From NCBI RefSeq assembly GCF_001194135.2, contig NC_068984.1:55819571-55883570 (forward strand): 64,000 nt of DNA. Reading direction: 5' to 3'. The translations under genes were made by a program, and so were the position numbers. Shown here in pieces: positions 26,324-40,069 of the stretch; positions within the stretch are counted from its first letter, which is position 1, and each line of letters opens with the position of its first letter. Below the pieces are notes generated by a model. The model was given only the letters and a program-made list of their open reading frames with translations. It did no database searches and had not been told where the DNA came from. This DNA is from Octopus bimaculoides (taxonomy: Eukaryota).

Positions 26324-26673
26324 TAAATGGCCTTCACGTGGGGATACCTGAAAGAGAGAGTTTATGTCAACAAACCAAAGACCCTGGTGCAACTGAAGGA
26401 GAACATCAATAGAGAAATCAGAGAAGTGGGATCTGAAACTCTTGAGGATGTTATGGTGCAAGTTTTGGAAAGAGCACGGATGTACGAAGCTGAAAATAGA
26501 TACCATTTAAGCGATGTCATTTTTCATGTGATGTAGTGGTGTTGCAAAACTTGACTTGTGCGTATTAATTTCCATTATGTCCTTTATATTATATCAAAGT
26601 TACACGCATTTATTTGTAAAGTTAAGGAAGTTATTAAAAATTAAAGCCTATCAGTGACTTTTAGGACACTATG
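26324..26673 (+). mobile_element. DD41D-family 3' fragment, inverted relative to 25863-26320
   Basis: ORF WGYLKERVYVNKPKTLVQLKENINREIR...YHLSDVIFH; ends GGACACTATG followed by TA. Confidence 0.85.
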
Positions 26674-27731
26674 TATATATGCATGTATGTATGTATGTAT
26701 GTATGTTTGGTTAATGTATTGCCATACTTCCAGAAACCCTTACAAACGTAGTACAGAATAATCACAGCAAAATAGAGGATTTCTTTGTTATAATTAAATT
26801 ACTGTGGCCCTGTTTGATCTAATCTTATTCTTTTAAACCTTTATTTTTTTCTTTCTTTTCAATTTTGTAATTCTACCGCAATTTTTAAAAGTTTTATGCC
26901 GTATTCTTTTCCTTTAAGCTTTGTCATTGCATTTTAATGTTTTCTTTCCAGTATAATTAAGTAGAGGAAGTTGTCTATTTTAAGACTAATCATTCTGATT
27001 AGTTGAATTATTTATCACCTCCAAAGAAGGGAAAGATTTGTTTAATTCGTGATTAAGTTCACATAGCTTCATGATTATCAAGATGAAGGTGACGAAAATA
27101 TGATTACATACTTTATTAATTTCAATACATGAAATAAATAACCAAATAAAACTGATTTGTGGATAACAAAATAAGTGTCAACATAGAAATATCTAGGTTG
27201 TCACTGAACCGGTTAGAAATAGCAACCGAGTTTTCTTTCGATTACACTTAACGTTTTTTTTTTTTATAAACAAAGAAAGCAGGAAGCAGTGGACAATGTA
27301 GTTCTGAAAATAAAAATGCCTGAAAACAAACAAAGGGCATATCAAAGCAGGAGTATTTTTATATCTTACGCCTGTTTGATAAGAACTACTTTCGTCTAAA
27401 CAATATAAGCAACTAGGTTTTATAGTAAAAACAGGAAAAGCGATAAATGAAAATTCACTAAACTAGCCACGAGTTACAGAAAGCAGATAATCGCTTCCTT
27501 GTCGAAGTACGACAAGCAACGTCGAAATTTGTATCGATTTCTTCTTCCTTTTATATCACATTTTGTATCACAGTTAACTTTTACCAGACTTACAATGTAC
27601 GAACGTGGCAATGCTTCTACTGTTTTATCTGAAATTAGTCAATACATTTCTTTAAAATCATGAAATTGAAATATTGTTTTCCCGTGAACAATCATCAAAC
27701 TTTGATCATATTGAAAATATATGAAATAATA

Positions 27732-28160
27732 GGAACAGATGTGGCTGTGAGATAAGATGTTTGCTTCACAACCGCATAGTTCAGAGTTCAGTCCCATTCT
27801 GTAGCACCTTGATCAAGTGTCTTCAACTACAGCCCCAGGGCCAGAGCCAACCAGAGCCTTGAGTGGATTTGATACATGGAAACTGAAAAAGGTCCGTCGT
27901 ACATGTTTGTATGAGTGTGTGTGTGTGATTGCGTGCGTGTGTGTGTGTGTGTGTGTGTCTGCGTGTTTGTGCTGGTGTTTGACAACCGGTTTTGACTTGT
28001 TTACGACCCGTAACTTAACGATGTGGCATAAGTTACTGATAAAATAAGTACCAGTCTTTAAAACAAACAAATTCCCAAGGTTGATTCGTTCGACTAAGAT
28101 CCTTCAAGGTAGTGCTTCAGCATGGCCGCAGTCCAATGACTGAAACTGTAAAAGAAGATA
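27732..28160 (+). mobile_element. Near full-length tRNA-derived SINE type A with an internal (GT)n
   Basis: Head GTGGCTGTG...AGTTCAGTCCC, body ACCTTGATCAAGTGTCTTC, tail CAGCATGGCCGCAGTCCAATGACTGAAAC; many homologues in the window. Confidence 0.9.
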
Positions 28161-28574
28161 TGTTGAAATTGAAATCAAGAATTTTTAAAAGGGAATTCTT
28201 TCCATATATCTTCGGAAAAAGATTGCCCTATATCCTTCATGTTCAGAAAGACTTGCTAACATCATCATTAGAACGAGGCCGATGCCTTATATCATTGTAT
28301 TCTTAAATTTTCTTCCTGAATTTCTGTGACATATTTTTTTTTTGTATAAAAATATAGTTTATTTGAAATAATTTCACAAGTCTTTGCAAACGTATGCATA
28401 TATATACGAACGTGTGTCTATATATATCAAGAGTTGAACAGAAAGTACACAACAAGGATACGAAGTTAGACGAAAGCAGAGCAAACGGGAAACTAGACGA
28501 AAACTTAACGGACGGGAAATTTAGACAAGGACACGATACACGAAATATTCGTAGCTGAGTTTTCCTCGTCAGTC

Positions 28575-28610
<36 letters not shown>

Positions 28611-29389
28611 NNNNNNNNNNNNNNNNNNNNNNNNNNNNNNNNNNNNNNNNNNNNNNNNNNNNNNNNNNNNNNNNNNNNNNNNNNNNNNNNNNNNNNNNNN
28701 NNNNNNNNNNNNNNNNNNNNNNNNNNNNNNNNNNNNNNNNNNNNNNNNNNNNNNNNNNNNNNNNNNNNNNNNNNNNNNNNNNNNNNNNNNNNNNNNNNNN
28801 NNNNNNNNNNNNNNNNNNNNNNNNNNNNNNNNNNNNNNNNNNNNNNNNNNNNNNNNNNNNNNNNNNNNNNNNNNNNNNNNNNNNNNNNNNNNNNNNNNNN
28901 NNNNNNNNNNNNNNNNNNNNNNNNNNNNNNNNNNNNNNNNNNNNNNNNNNNNNNNNNNNNNNNNNNNNNNNNNNNNNNNNNNNNNNNNNNNNNNNNNNNN
29001 NNNNNNNNNNNNNNNNNNNNNNNNNNNNNNNNNNNNNNNNNNNNNNNNNNNNNNNNNNNNNNNNNNNNNNNNNNNNNNNNNNNNNNNNNNNNNNNNNNNN
29101 NNNNNNNNNNNNNNNNNNNNNNNNNNNNNNNNNNNNNNNNNNNNNNNNNNNNNNNNNNNNNNNNNNNNNNNNNNNNNNNNNNNNNNNNNNNNNNNNNNNN
29201 NNNNNNNNNNNNNNNNNNNNNNNNNNNNNNNNNNNNNNNNNNNNNNNNNNNNNNNNNNNNNNNNNNNNNNNNNNNNNNNNNNNNNNNNNNNNNNNNNNNN
29301 NNNNNNNNNNNNNNNNNNNNNNNNNNNNNNNNNNNNNNNNNNNNNNNNNNNNNNNNNNNNNNNNNNNNNNNNNNNNNNNNNNNNNNNNN

Positions 29390-29390
<1 letters not shown>
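28611..29390. other. Assembly gap (N-run) between (TA)n tracts
   Basis: 780 N characters. Confidence 1.
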
Positions 29391-29426
<36 letters not shown>

Positions 29427-30219
29427 CCACACACACACATACACACATGCAGACCTATAAGTGGGTCTGTGTCTGTGTTTGTGTGTATGTGTATGTATAT
29501 GTGTGTGTGTATGCACCATCGATTCCACGCGTTCATTCTCCACAGTCTGTACGCAATTGTAGTTATTTTCAATTCTCCTCTGCGGTATTAAATGAGAGGT
29601 ATAGTAACATAGTAATATAGTAATCGATAGATAATGTGTTATAGCAGATTTAGTTGTAATGACTAAGATCATCTATTTCATGTCGTTGTGGGAAATAGAT
29701 GTTAATCATAATAGGAACGATCATTTGTATATCATTCACTCAATGCTATAATCATCTCATCACTACCTTTGACTCGTCAGTGAAATGAATGTCCATTGAG
29801 ATACTAATAAAGCTAAGCAAACTATTTTTGGGAAGATATGTTTTTTTTGCTTTGTTTTTTTGTTGATTTGGTTCTTTTATCTGAAAGAAGCATAGCTATT
29901 TAGTTCATCTATGTTGTTTTGCTGGTATTGTTGTTTAGCATCGGTTTAGCCCCGAGATTAAGCGGACTTATAATAAAAGACGTTTCAACTGTAATCATCT
30001 CGTTTCCGTTTCAGAAAGTGCACCTAATGTGACTTGGTGATTGTTAGTTCTAACAGTTAAAACAACTGCGTAAAGGTCTCCTTCAGTTGCTGGAATCTTC
30101 CTATTTCTCTGTCTCTGTCTTTCTGTCTCTCTCTTTCTATATATTTTTGCGTATATATATATATATATATATATAGTTTTAAATCTATGTATCTAGTTAT
30201 CACTCTCTCTCTCTCCCTC

Positions 30220-30254
<35 letters not shown>

Positions 30255-30339
30255 CTCTATCTCTTTATCTCTCTCTCTTTCTCTATCTCTCTCTATGTGT
30301 GTGTGTGTATGTGTGTGTGTGTGTGTGTGAGTAAATAAC

Positions 30340-30583
30340 AGCCTGAATATATTAAAGAACTCCACGATAATAAGGGCCGTCTGCCTATGTCCAATTTCGA
30401 AGTTACTAGCGAAAACAAAATTTTGAAGGAAATTGGAAAGAATTTATGTAGACAACAAAAGAGAGAAAGGCAACTGCTGCAGATGAAATTTCAGCATTAG
30501 AGTTAAAAGAACTAAATTGCATTAACCTAGTTATATTGTCATACAAATGTAATGTAATTTATGAATGGGGACACATAGTGAAA

Positions 30584-30621
<38 letters not shown>

Positions 30622-32635
30622 ATTTGGGGATGGTCATATTGCCAGTTTAGCCAATAAAAACACACGCAGTGTATATTTGGTGTTACTTTGCTTCAGCTTT
30701 ATATTACATTACATTACATTAATCCTATTTCGGCCAGAGTTCTTTCGTCACACTTCTGTGACTTCATCAGTGGTCTTTTGCTTTCTTCTTTCTTATGTAT
30801 GTCCCACCTTGCTAACTATCAACCATTTTGCATTTTCAAAACAAATATATATACATATATATATATATAAAGGAATGAGAAAAAAACTGCACAGAATAAA
30901 GAAACTAATGAGTTACGCAACTGCACGGTTTCTAAAAGTTACTTAGAATATTACAGCAAAGTTGTTACATGCAGAAATAAGCTAACCACAGAATGGATTT
31001 AGACCGAAATAGGAATTCGGGAAGAAATATTTGACCAGAGAAAGGCGGCGAGAAAGTAGAATTGTTAGCACACCAGTCAAAATGCTTAGCGGCATTTCTT
31101 CCGTCCTTAAGTTCTAAGTCCCAATTCCGCCGAGGTCGACTTTGCCTTTCATCCTTCAGGGTCAATAGAATAAGTACCAGCTAAGTACTAGGGTTAATGT
31201 AAACCATTTTCGCACTGCCCTGATTTTGCTGCCTTTACCTCAATTTGAATTCAATATTTAACCAGAGAAACATGTGAAAGCTGTCTTTACATAAATCAAA
31301 AAATGTTTATAAATCATACAAAGCAATTGACATAGTAAATTCTTTATAGACTATACCAAGAAACAATAAAGCATGCAAAGATGATATAAGTACTCAAGTT
31401 AATAACAAAAATACAGTGGTAAGAAAAGTTCGAAATTTGAGATTAAGAAATAAGTCAGGCAAGGTTGTGTACTAACAGGTAATCCATTTAATCTACATAC
31501 TGAAAAGCTCCTCTAAGACGTATTTGTACTTTTCTGAAGTCTCAAAGGAATTATGAAGATCAACAACCTTATATATACAGACAATACTGCTTGTAATTTC
31601 GTAATCAAAGCTAATTATAAATGTAAGTCCACTAGAATGGAAATGGATATCTTTTGTACTTTCACTTGCTTCAGTGATTGGACTGTGGCCATAGTGGGGC
31701 ACCATCTTGGAGAGTTTCGTGAAACAGATCAAACCTAGAACTTATTTTAATTCTGGTACATACGCTTTTGATCTTTTTCAGCCAAATCACTAAGGCATGG
31801 ACACGTACACACATACACACACATGCACGCGCACTGAAACATACATATGCAAATACACAACTACACACACATTCATTCGCACATATGATAGGTTTTAAAC
31901 AGTTTCTTTCTATCAAATTTATCAATAAACCATTGTCCAACTGGCACTATAATAGAAGACACATGCGCAAGGTGCCACGCAACAGGACTGAACCATACAC
32001 GAAGTGATTACGAAGCCAAGTTCTTAACCAAATATCAGGAGGAATCAGCAATTGAACTGGCATCAAAGATCACATAGCATATGTTGATGCAATCAGAAAA
32101 TACGTAATGTGAAACAGAAATAAAGAAAAATTTGTGATAGCTAGAAAATGATTTGAAAAATGCTAAACAGACATCAAATAATACTAATATAAAACCCAAA
32201 AAATATTATTGAAATACTATGTATGGTCCACTCTAATACATAGAGCTGAAACGTGGATATTAACAAAATTACTATCATATGCAATACAAGCTTTTGTGAT
32301 GTGGGCGTATAAAAGACTTTTGAGAATATCATGGACAGTACACAAACCAATGAAGTACAAAAACAGGCAAAAACTAAAAAGAAACTTTTTAGACATCATC
32401 AAAGGAAGAACAATAAAGTATTTGGGATACTGAATTTTAAAAAATGGTTTGCAGAGAAAGTAACTAGAAGACAAAATAATTGGGAGGATTGGGAGAAAAA
32501 ATTACAAGAATTACGTGGTTGGTTAATATCAAGGATTGGACGGATTTAGATTTGTGAACGTATAAGAACAGCACAACAAACTTGGCGTCCCTTGGCATTT
32601 AACCTACCGAGGACTGGCGATACCTGATGATGTAA
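30340..32635 (+). mobile_element. Fragmented RTE-clade LINE (RT to 3' end) interrupted by younger insertions
   Basis: Collinear motifs: KATAADEISALELK (about 30465), VRQGCVL (about 31455), INNLIYTDNTA (about 31559; YADD-like), KYYVWSTLIHRAETW and AFVMWAYKRLLRISW (32209-32340), then a 3' end ...CCTGATGATG. Confidence 0.8.
31020..31200 (+). mobile_element. SINE type B nested in the RTE remnant
   Basis: GGCGGCGAG...GCTTAGCGGCATTTC...GAGGTCGACTTTGCCTTTCATCCTT; reverse complement of 5070-5281. Confidence 0.85.
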
Positions 32636-33199
32636 ATAATAAAGCCATATGTAAAACTTACTGTAATTGAAACTTATTGTAATTGTAAATCAAATCCGGT
32701 CAATGAGAGTGTAGTAGCAGCTCCACCTTGATGTTTACTATTTCATCTTTTGCTATAATATAATTCACATCAACGTGTCCATAATATGGAATAGGAGATC
32801 TAAGAATGAAAACCTGAATAAATGTACCAATACAACATGTGATACACAAGATAAAAGCCAAAATAATTGTTTTGTATTCATATAAGCCATGCTTTTTGCG
32901 AACAAGATGAACCTCAGAGGAATGGGAATAAAATAAATGCTTTCATTTATTTGCTAGACTAAGCTATCATAAAACGCATTATATTTCATTTTATTATTCA
33001 GTATTCTTGTATTGGTGATAGAGCATTTTAAAATCTCATCTCTACCTTACTATAAAGTAGTAGTGGACTCCGTGTTTCCAGGGTATCAAATATAAATGTG
33101 AGTGTGTATGTGTACTTGTATGTATGTACATGTATATAATACATATATATATATATGTTTTTTTTTATTTACTTCTCGTGTCTGGTGGAGGTCGAATCC

Positions 33200-33870
33200 G
33201 TGACTTTTGCAAGGTCTCCAAGACCGGTGAGCTCGATGACATTAATATTCCGTTTAAGGTATTACAAATCAATACTTACAGGAAAGACATGGAGAGAAAG
33301 AAGATTAAAAAAAACCCGACGTTCTAAGAAAAAGGACTGGTCATAACGGTTAGTGGGGGCTAGCGTAGTTGAACGCAACAAGAGTAACGAGAGAGTGAGA
33401 GACAAATATATCGGAATGCTCGAGTACTGGAGATAGAAGACAAGCTAGCTCCGGGAGACAGAGGCCATTATAGTAGCGATAGAAAAAACAAAGAGGGCGA
33501 TAATACTCATGTGGTGCAAAGGCTGCATGTACCCGTTGTGACTGAATAGCAGTCGGTTGAGCAGCCTTTCTATGGATGTCTGTGTATGTCGCAGCAACAA
33601 CGTCCCACACCTGGGCACAGTACTCCATTGTGGATTTCATTTGAGTGTCAGTAGCTAATGGAGTAGAAATATTTTTTTATCCTAAAGAGGAAGACCAGTC
33701 AATAGGATGTGGTCATAGCTATGCTTAGATTGTACTTTCCTCGCGAGATGTCTTTGATAATGATGATGCCCAGCATGTAAAACGTCTATGAGAGCTCCGT
33801 GATGAATTGGTATTTTCTTGATATGAGTAGTACTTCAGCTTTTTTTTTCTTTTATTTGCTGCTATTAAAC
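33200..33870 (-). mobile_element. Jockey/CR1-like LINE 3' fragment
   Basis: ORF 33350-33640 KSTMEYCAQVWD...CFFYRYYNGLCLPEL, with upstream LGIIIIKDIS and downstream SFFLRTS; these are typical post-RT motifs. Confidence 0.8.
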
Positions 33871-35079
33871 ATTAGGTTGACATAGACCCCACATAATTTT
33901 ATTTGATATGCGTGTATGAGTGTTAAATAAGACTAGTATTTTAAAGCCGGTTTCAGAATTATAATAGAACATTTGCTAATGGAGAAACTCAATACTGAGA
34001 GTAAGGTTAAATCGACCATAATTTTCTAGTCAATCTGGGAAAATTGAATTTACCAAAACTGGCGAGCGATACAACGATAGACAGTATGCCAACGAAAGAG
34101 GAGGAAATTAAGATACGTTGCAAACGAGTCATTGGGCTGTAATCGTACTGGGGAACCGCTTTCGGGAGTTTTTGGTTGAATGAGTCGATTCCGGTACAAC
34201 AGCAACAACACACTAGAAATAATTCACGATCAGTCATTCCCAGTTATATAGAAGTTAGAAAATATTGTAGACCATAAAGTCATTGATTTTCTACGACGTA
34301 GATGCTATCCAAATTTTGTAAAGAACAGGTATATTTGTCGACTCGACCCTATAAAAACATTGTTATTGATCTTAGCTATTCTAAAAGAATAAACGTTAAA
34401 CGAATTTGTAAAAAAATTCAGTTTGTACAGAATTTCGCTAAGTTTTCTACAGCTTTTTCCAACTGCGAAAAAAGAATAGCATTAGCTACTGAATCGCATG
34501 GAATCCTGAAACACCAAAAGTTTCCAAAATAATGCGATTGCCATAAAAAGTGTTTTCTTTCTCGAAATATCAATTATTTATTTGATAAAACCGTGCTATA
34601 GATAGTACCTAAATGCAGAAATATTTATTCGTCTCTATACGCTTTATTAACTTAATCTGGGTTAATTAGTGTTTTAGAAGCAGTCATCCGAGGAAATACA
34701 CATATAGATATTGAATTCGCTGTGTATTAGGGTACGATAAGGAAGTTTTTGTCTTGGAAACAAATATTAATTTAATGTTATCACTGTTTATTTCAATAAA
34801 GAAAAAGTAATATTCGAACCTTCATGGTTATCTATTTACACAATTCCAACTTAAACAGTAACTAGCATACAAGTGTATTCTATTTACCACATTCTTATAT
34901 TATTTTGTCTTTGAAATGAGGTTACGCTGGGACAGTGTCTTTAAGCGTTTTAGTATCTGGCGGATTATTATATCGGTTTCTATTTATTGAAAGGCAAACT
35001 CAACATCATGTTGGTAAATGAGTGGTTTAAATGTCACAATATATTTTTTCGGTACAATACACTAATATGTATAGATATA

Positions 35080-35985
35080 TCTACTACATATGTGAGAAAT
35101 TCTGTTTGTGGGTGCGTTTGTGGAGTTGTTAGCTAACTCCTCCTACATCGTTTTATCGATTTTGATGAATCATGACACGTGAGTAGAACTCATGTCTGGA
35201 AACCTCGTGGTATACTCAGATTGTTTTAAAAAATGATAATAGGGCCCCTGGGAGGGGTCCTTATATATATCTAATATACTTTAATTTAAAAACCCATTCG
35301 CCCTTGAAAGAGATCCTTATATATACATAGCCACGGGAAGTAACCTATTCATTTTCCTGAATTATTTGGTAAAAAGGAAATTGAGCATGCTTATTCCTTA
35401 ATATTTGAACTGTTAGATTTATTTTCGCAATTTATCCTGTACAGCCCTTAAGCAAGTAAATAGTATTTTCCTAAACAACAGATCCACTTATCTCGGTTTG
35501 TGACTTATTCACGAATATACCAACACTAGCGCCACTGAGGGTAATATTCTCTGGAAACGGACAAAAGCCCTTTTCAGAGTTATTTACTTTGAATTATTAT
35601 TATTTCATATCTGATTAGCCTGTCATTACGTAACATTCTTCACGATTTTAGTATAGATACCTTATTAGTATTTCCTCCTATGTTCTATATAGTCTGAGAA
35701 CGTATTAAAGCCCTTTTCGGGGTTACTCTATTTGAATTCTTACTATTGGGCAACTAATTTCATGTTATTACATAACTGACTTCACAATTTGGGTATTCTT
35801 AATTTACTGGGAATTCCTAAAAACAAGATCCTGTTTAAGACAGTTCGCTGTCCTCTGTAAGTTCACAAACACCGTTTTAAGGGCTACATACTTTGTATTG
35901 TCGTTATTGGATTAGCGAAACAACTAAGAGAACGAAACCAAAGGATAAGCCCTGCTTTCCCGGGAATTACCGGGTACGTCAGATA
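35080..35985 (+). mobile_element. Helitron-like non-autonomous element
   Basis: Begins A|TC (TCTACTACATATGTGAGAAATTCTG). Subterminal hairpin CCCGG-GAATTA-CCGGG at 35959-35974 lies 11 nt from a degenerate CTAG-like end. Internal diverged direct repeat at about 35565-35650 and 35708-35790. Confidence 0.6.
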
Positions 35986-36559
35986 ATATATATATATATA
36001 TATATATATANNNNNNNNNNNNNNNNNNNNNNNNNNNNNNNNNATACATGTATGTATGTATATATGTATATAGGTTAGTAGAGCTAGCGGTTGGAATAAC
36101 CGTCTAAGGGATAAGAATATCCGTATTTACTAACGGTATAAATTACCTATATTAAACAAGGGCATGGATATGCAAAAATAATATGCTCATAGGATACAGG
36201 CAATAACAAAAAAAACAAGAGTTTATCACGATTCAAATTTAAATTAAACAGAAAATGGAGAATTTTCTCCATTTTTCTGCTTAATTTATATATGTACGTA
36301 TGTATGTATGTATGTATGTATGTATGTATGTATGTATGTATAAATATATTTGTGTGTGTGCGTGTGTGTGTGTGTCATTCAGTTTTAATTCAAGATTTTT
36401 TGCCAATATAGAAAGAGCCGGTTTCTAACCCGGGTCCAAGTCTCCTTCATTGGAATCAACAGGGTATTTTTGTATGTATGTATGTACATCTGCAGAATTG
36501 TATGTTTTCTTTTATGTATGTATTCTCATGCATATAGCTGCATTCCTAGACCTACTCAT

Positions 36560-36781
36560 ATATTTTTAAATGATAAACATCTGGAAAGTTTTACAGATTT
36601 TAGCAGTTCTCGTGGTGGCTTGGATTTGTAGTCTTCGAATTAACTTTCTCCTTTCTGGTTTTGAGAAGCCTAATTTCTCAGGATTGGTATTTAGGCAGTG
36701 TGTTACATATCCCAGCGCGCTGATAATTACAGGTATAAACCTCAACTTGCTATCTGGATAGATTAGATTTATATTCATCAT
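36560..36781 (-). mobile_element. R4/Dong-like LINE extreme C-terminus
   Basis: IYPDSKLRFIPVIISALGYVTHCLNTNPEKLGFS...TAKICKTF resembles the PIVIGALG tail of RLE-clade elements and the fragment at 62070-62360. Confidence 0.7.
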
Positions 36782-36839
36782 ACATATGAATGTATGTATA
36801 CACGCATGTATGTATGTCCAGAAAAATATATATCTCTAG

Positions 36840-36985
36840 CAAACTGGATTCCCAAGGCACCCACGAGGCGTTGGTTAACCCATAGTCCTAGTATATGATT
36901 CTTTTCCAAAGCGTTACGCAGTGCTATCAAAACTACTACTGCATTGTTAAGCAGCAAACTTCTTAATCATGCAGCTATGCCTGTA
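36840..36985 (-). mobile_element. Degenerate SINE type A head
   Basis: CCCAAGGCACC...AGCAGCAAACTTCTTAATCATGCAGC is the antisense head. Confidence 0.55.
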
Positions 36986-37280
36986 CTAATTCAATTTCAA
37001 TTTATTGTTTTACATGATGGTCCATCTAGTTATGTAGTTGAAAATAGCAAATTAGAGACCTAGAACTCTAAACTCCTTCTAAATAGATACAAACCAGCTT
37101 ATATTTAAATATACACGAAGGGTAGAGAAAAGATATTTTCCTTTGAGGATTAATAGGTCGACCGTCAAATGAAATAGTAAATTGGTAAATACAGCAACAT
37201 TCGAATGACGATAAAAACACAATTTAGTGAAAAACCTCCAGAAAGTATCTTATTCAATCAGAATCAAAATAGACGAATGA

Positions 37281-37318
37281 TTGAATGAATGAATGAATGA
37301 ATGAATGAATGAATGAAT
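37281..37318. repeat. (TGAA)n microsatellite
   Basis: Read directly. Confidence 0.95.
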
Positions 37319-38739
37319 GGGAGAGGTGGCAATAATTGATGATAAAGAAAGTAACTACGAAAAATAACGCAATGTCACTGACAGGCTGATAAATAATCAA
37401 ATATGATTCTTCATGACAGGACTCTATTCTAGGGTATTTAGAATGTTCTACTGAACAATTTAGCTTTTGTGATTCAAATTTAAAAATGAGAAAGAAAATC
37501 TTTTAATTAACAAATAATTCAGAGTGTATCGACAGAAGATGGTGTATCAGTAAATATTCTGATAAAACCAACTAGAATGAATGCAGCCGCAAGCTATTTT
37601 GCCTTCAGAAATAAATGAGAAGAATGTATTAATATATTTGCTTTATCTTTTTCGTTATTGCAAAGCAAGATAGAGACGTCTCTTGGCAACAAACTAGTTT
37701 TTATTTAGTATCTTAAATCTAGATGAAAATTCATTGAAATATTAGTTCGTATAGAAACTGAGCTTATAATTCTATGGTTAATCTAAGTTTCTTAAGATAC
37801 CAGAATATAGTGCTTGTGAAAAATTAGATAAATAATGGTAGTAGAAAGGATTATTAAAACTTCCTTCGTCTATATAATATAATATATTTCATCGTCAATG
37901 TTTTCTGTTAACTGCGTTGGCATGTATCAATTCAACGATAGGTAAATAATTTGAACCGAATTTCTTTTGGTTTTCTTTTTTTAGATAATACTGGGAAAAT
38001 GATAACAGTGTCAGATTCACAGTTTCCAATTGTAATGTCTTTATTTTTATAAGATAAAACATGCTTGATGCTAAACTGTTAAATTATGTCTCTAAGATTG
38101 ATTTTATAACATAACAAGGAGAACGCTAAAACATAATAACATTCTTGAAATGTTATTATCAATAGAAAGAGCAACGAGCAAATAATATCAAATTAAGGCA
38201 AAATGGTGTCGAGGATTAATTTCGTGAAATCTATTCGAACATTCGAAGAAAGTTGATGTTTTGACCAGAATTTTTTTATTGCTCTCAGCTAAGATCTAAG
38301 ATCTAATTATGTAAGTGTAATTACCGTATGAAAATGACGGCTTTCAAATATTTCCTTTTTAAAGAGTACAGATGGTACAAATTTATACTATAAAAACGAT
38401 AACATTTTCATATTATTACTGGAATATAGTGGGTTTTATGGTAGAGTATAGTGGGTTTTATGTGTTCCTTTCCTTCATTGCGTCTTTCAATATAATTACT
38501 TGTTCACAATTTCGTAAGCTATACGAACGAACATTCAATATTATACTCTGAAAAATACAAATAAAGCTCAAAACAATGTGCCATTTTACACCTAACAACA
38601 TAAAGCACTATAAAGTCATGTATTAGATTGTAAATCCTGATCCTACTCTTTGCTGAAATAGATATTACATTTAATAAAATACTTGGAAATGCGCCAATTT
38701 TCCTCAAGCCATTTGGCAGTATCAAAATAATTTTGTTAG

Positions 38740-39470
38740 AGATTCAAATATTTCATGGAAAAGTAGTGACAGACAAAATACCTGGTGATATTTTTATCTA
38801 CATAACTTTCCGTTCTCAGTTCAACTCTTGGCGAGGCCAACGTTTTATTAGTTCCGAACTTGGTGACGGAGGATAAAACATGAGCGTATCTTTATGACCC
38901 GGCTTAGTTCATGGAATGGTATCATACATCTTTCCAAGGCCTGAGAAGTTAAAGAGCCAGTTGGGCATAGAAAGTCATGGTGGTAATTTTGAAAAAGGAC
39001 ATGGGTATCATTCTCTTTTATTTCCTGAAGCGCAGCTGTACCGTGAACATCGAGCAGTATATTGAGACACTTAAGAGGATTAGAAAAGCTGTGAGGAAGA
39101 AGAGGCTGAAAAAGAACATGACAGCGAACTACACTTACCATGATGATGCACAACTACATACATCTTTAGAAACAAATCTGTCAACAGGAAAAGTAAGTTG
39201 ATCAATGGGTTCCCAGCCACCGTAAAACCTGGATGACAAAAACGAATTGGATGTGACTGTGAAGTGGTTACATGGAGTGGTTACAAGATCATACATGAAT
39301 TTTTTTTTCAAAGAGTATTCTAGAGTTGAGTTTAACGATGAGACAAATTCACTGCTTGTAATGGAAACTATGTTGAGTAATACGTTTGTATAACATGCAC
39401 AATTTAAACGACCAAAGTTAGTTAATAGAAAAGTTATGCTCGCCTTTACGTTACTTTCGGTACAACCCTT
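38740..39470 (+). mobile_element. Degenerate, internally deleted mariner (DD34D-type) element
   Basis: VTEDKT (VTGDETW-like), MEWYHTS, KVMVVIL...GIILFYFLK...TVNIEQYIETLKRIR and YHDDA (HDNA-like); right end TTACTTTCGGTACAACCCT. Confidence 0.8.
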
Positions 39471-39981
39471 CAGCTTAAAAGACTGAAATTACGGCCATAT
39501 CTTTTTAATGATTTTATTGTTTCGTTTTTTTTTTTAAAAGCCATGTATATATTTCTTTCTTCCTCGTGTCAAGCATACAACTTCGAGATTATAATAAACT
39601 TAAACTGTATATCTTAAATAGAAGCTGGTAAGATATCCTTCAAAATATAGCGGTCTCCAAAAATTCTATTTTTATTATGTATGTTTTCATGTTTTTCCTT
39701 GTTTCTTGTCTGGTTTATTTTATAGCAGAATATCAATATATATTGGAGTGGAGATAAGCTGGTAAGCATTAGGTTAGGTATCTGTTTAAACGACTTACCT
39801 ACTTCTATATTTTTTCTTTCGGCGTTAATGAACATCACTTTATATCGTAACATCATTTTATATTGCAAGATAATTGGAAACCATATGGTGTATCTGAGTT
39901 TTAAAAAATACTTATAAACTTATATATGGATACAGGTTAACAATATCTGTATGTATTAAAATTCCAGCTAAACTCTGTATG

Positions 39982-40015
<34 letters not shown>

Positions 40016-40035
40016 AATTATGTGCGTGTTCATTA

Positions 40036-40069
<34 letters not shown>

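Noticed and set aside
28540-28575. CTGACGAGG motif on the minus strand as a hammerhead
   Set aside because: No GAAA and helix III follow the putative helix II.
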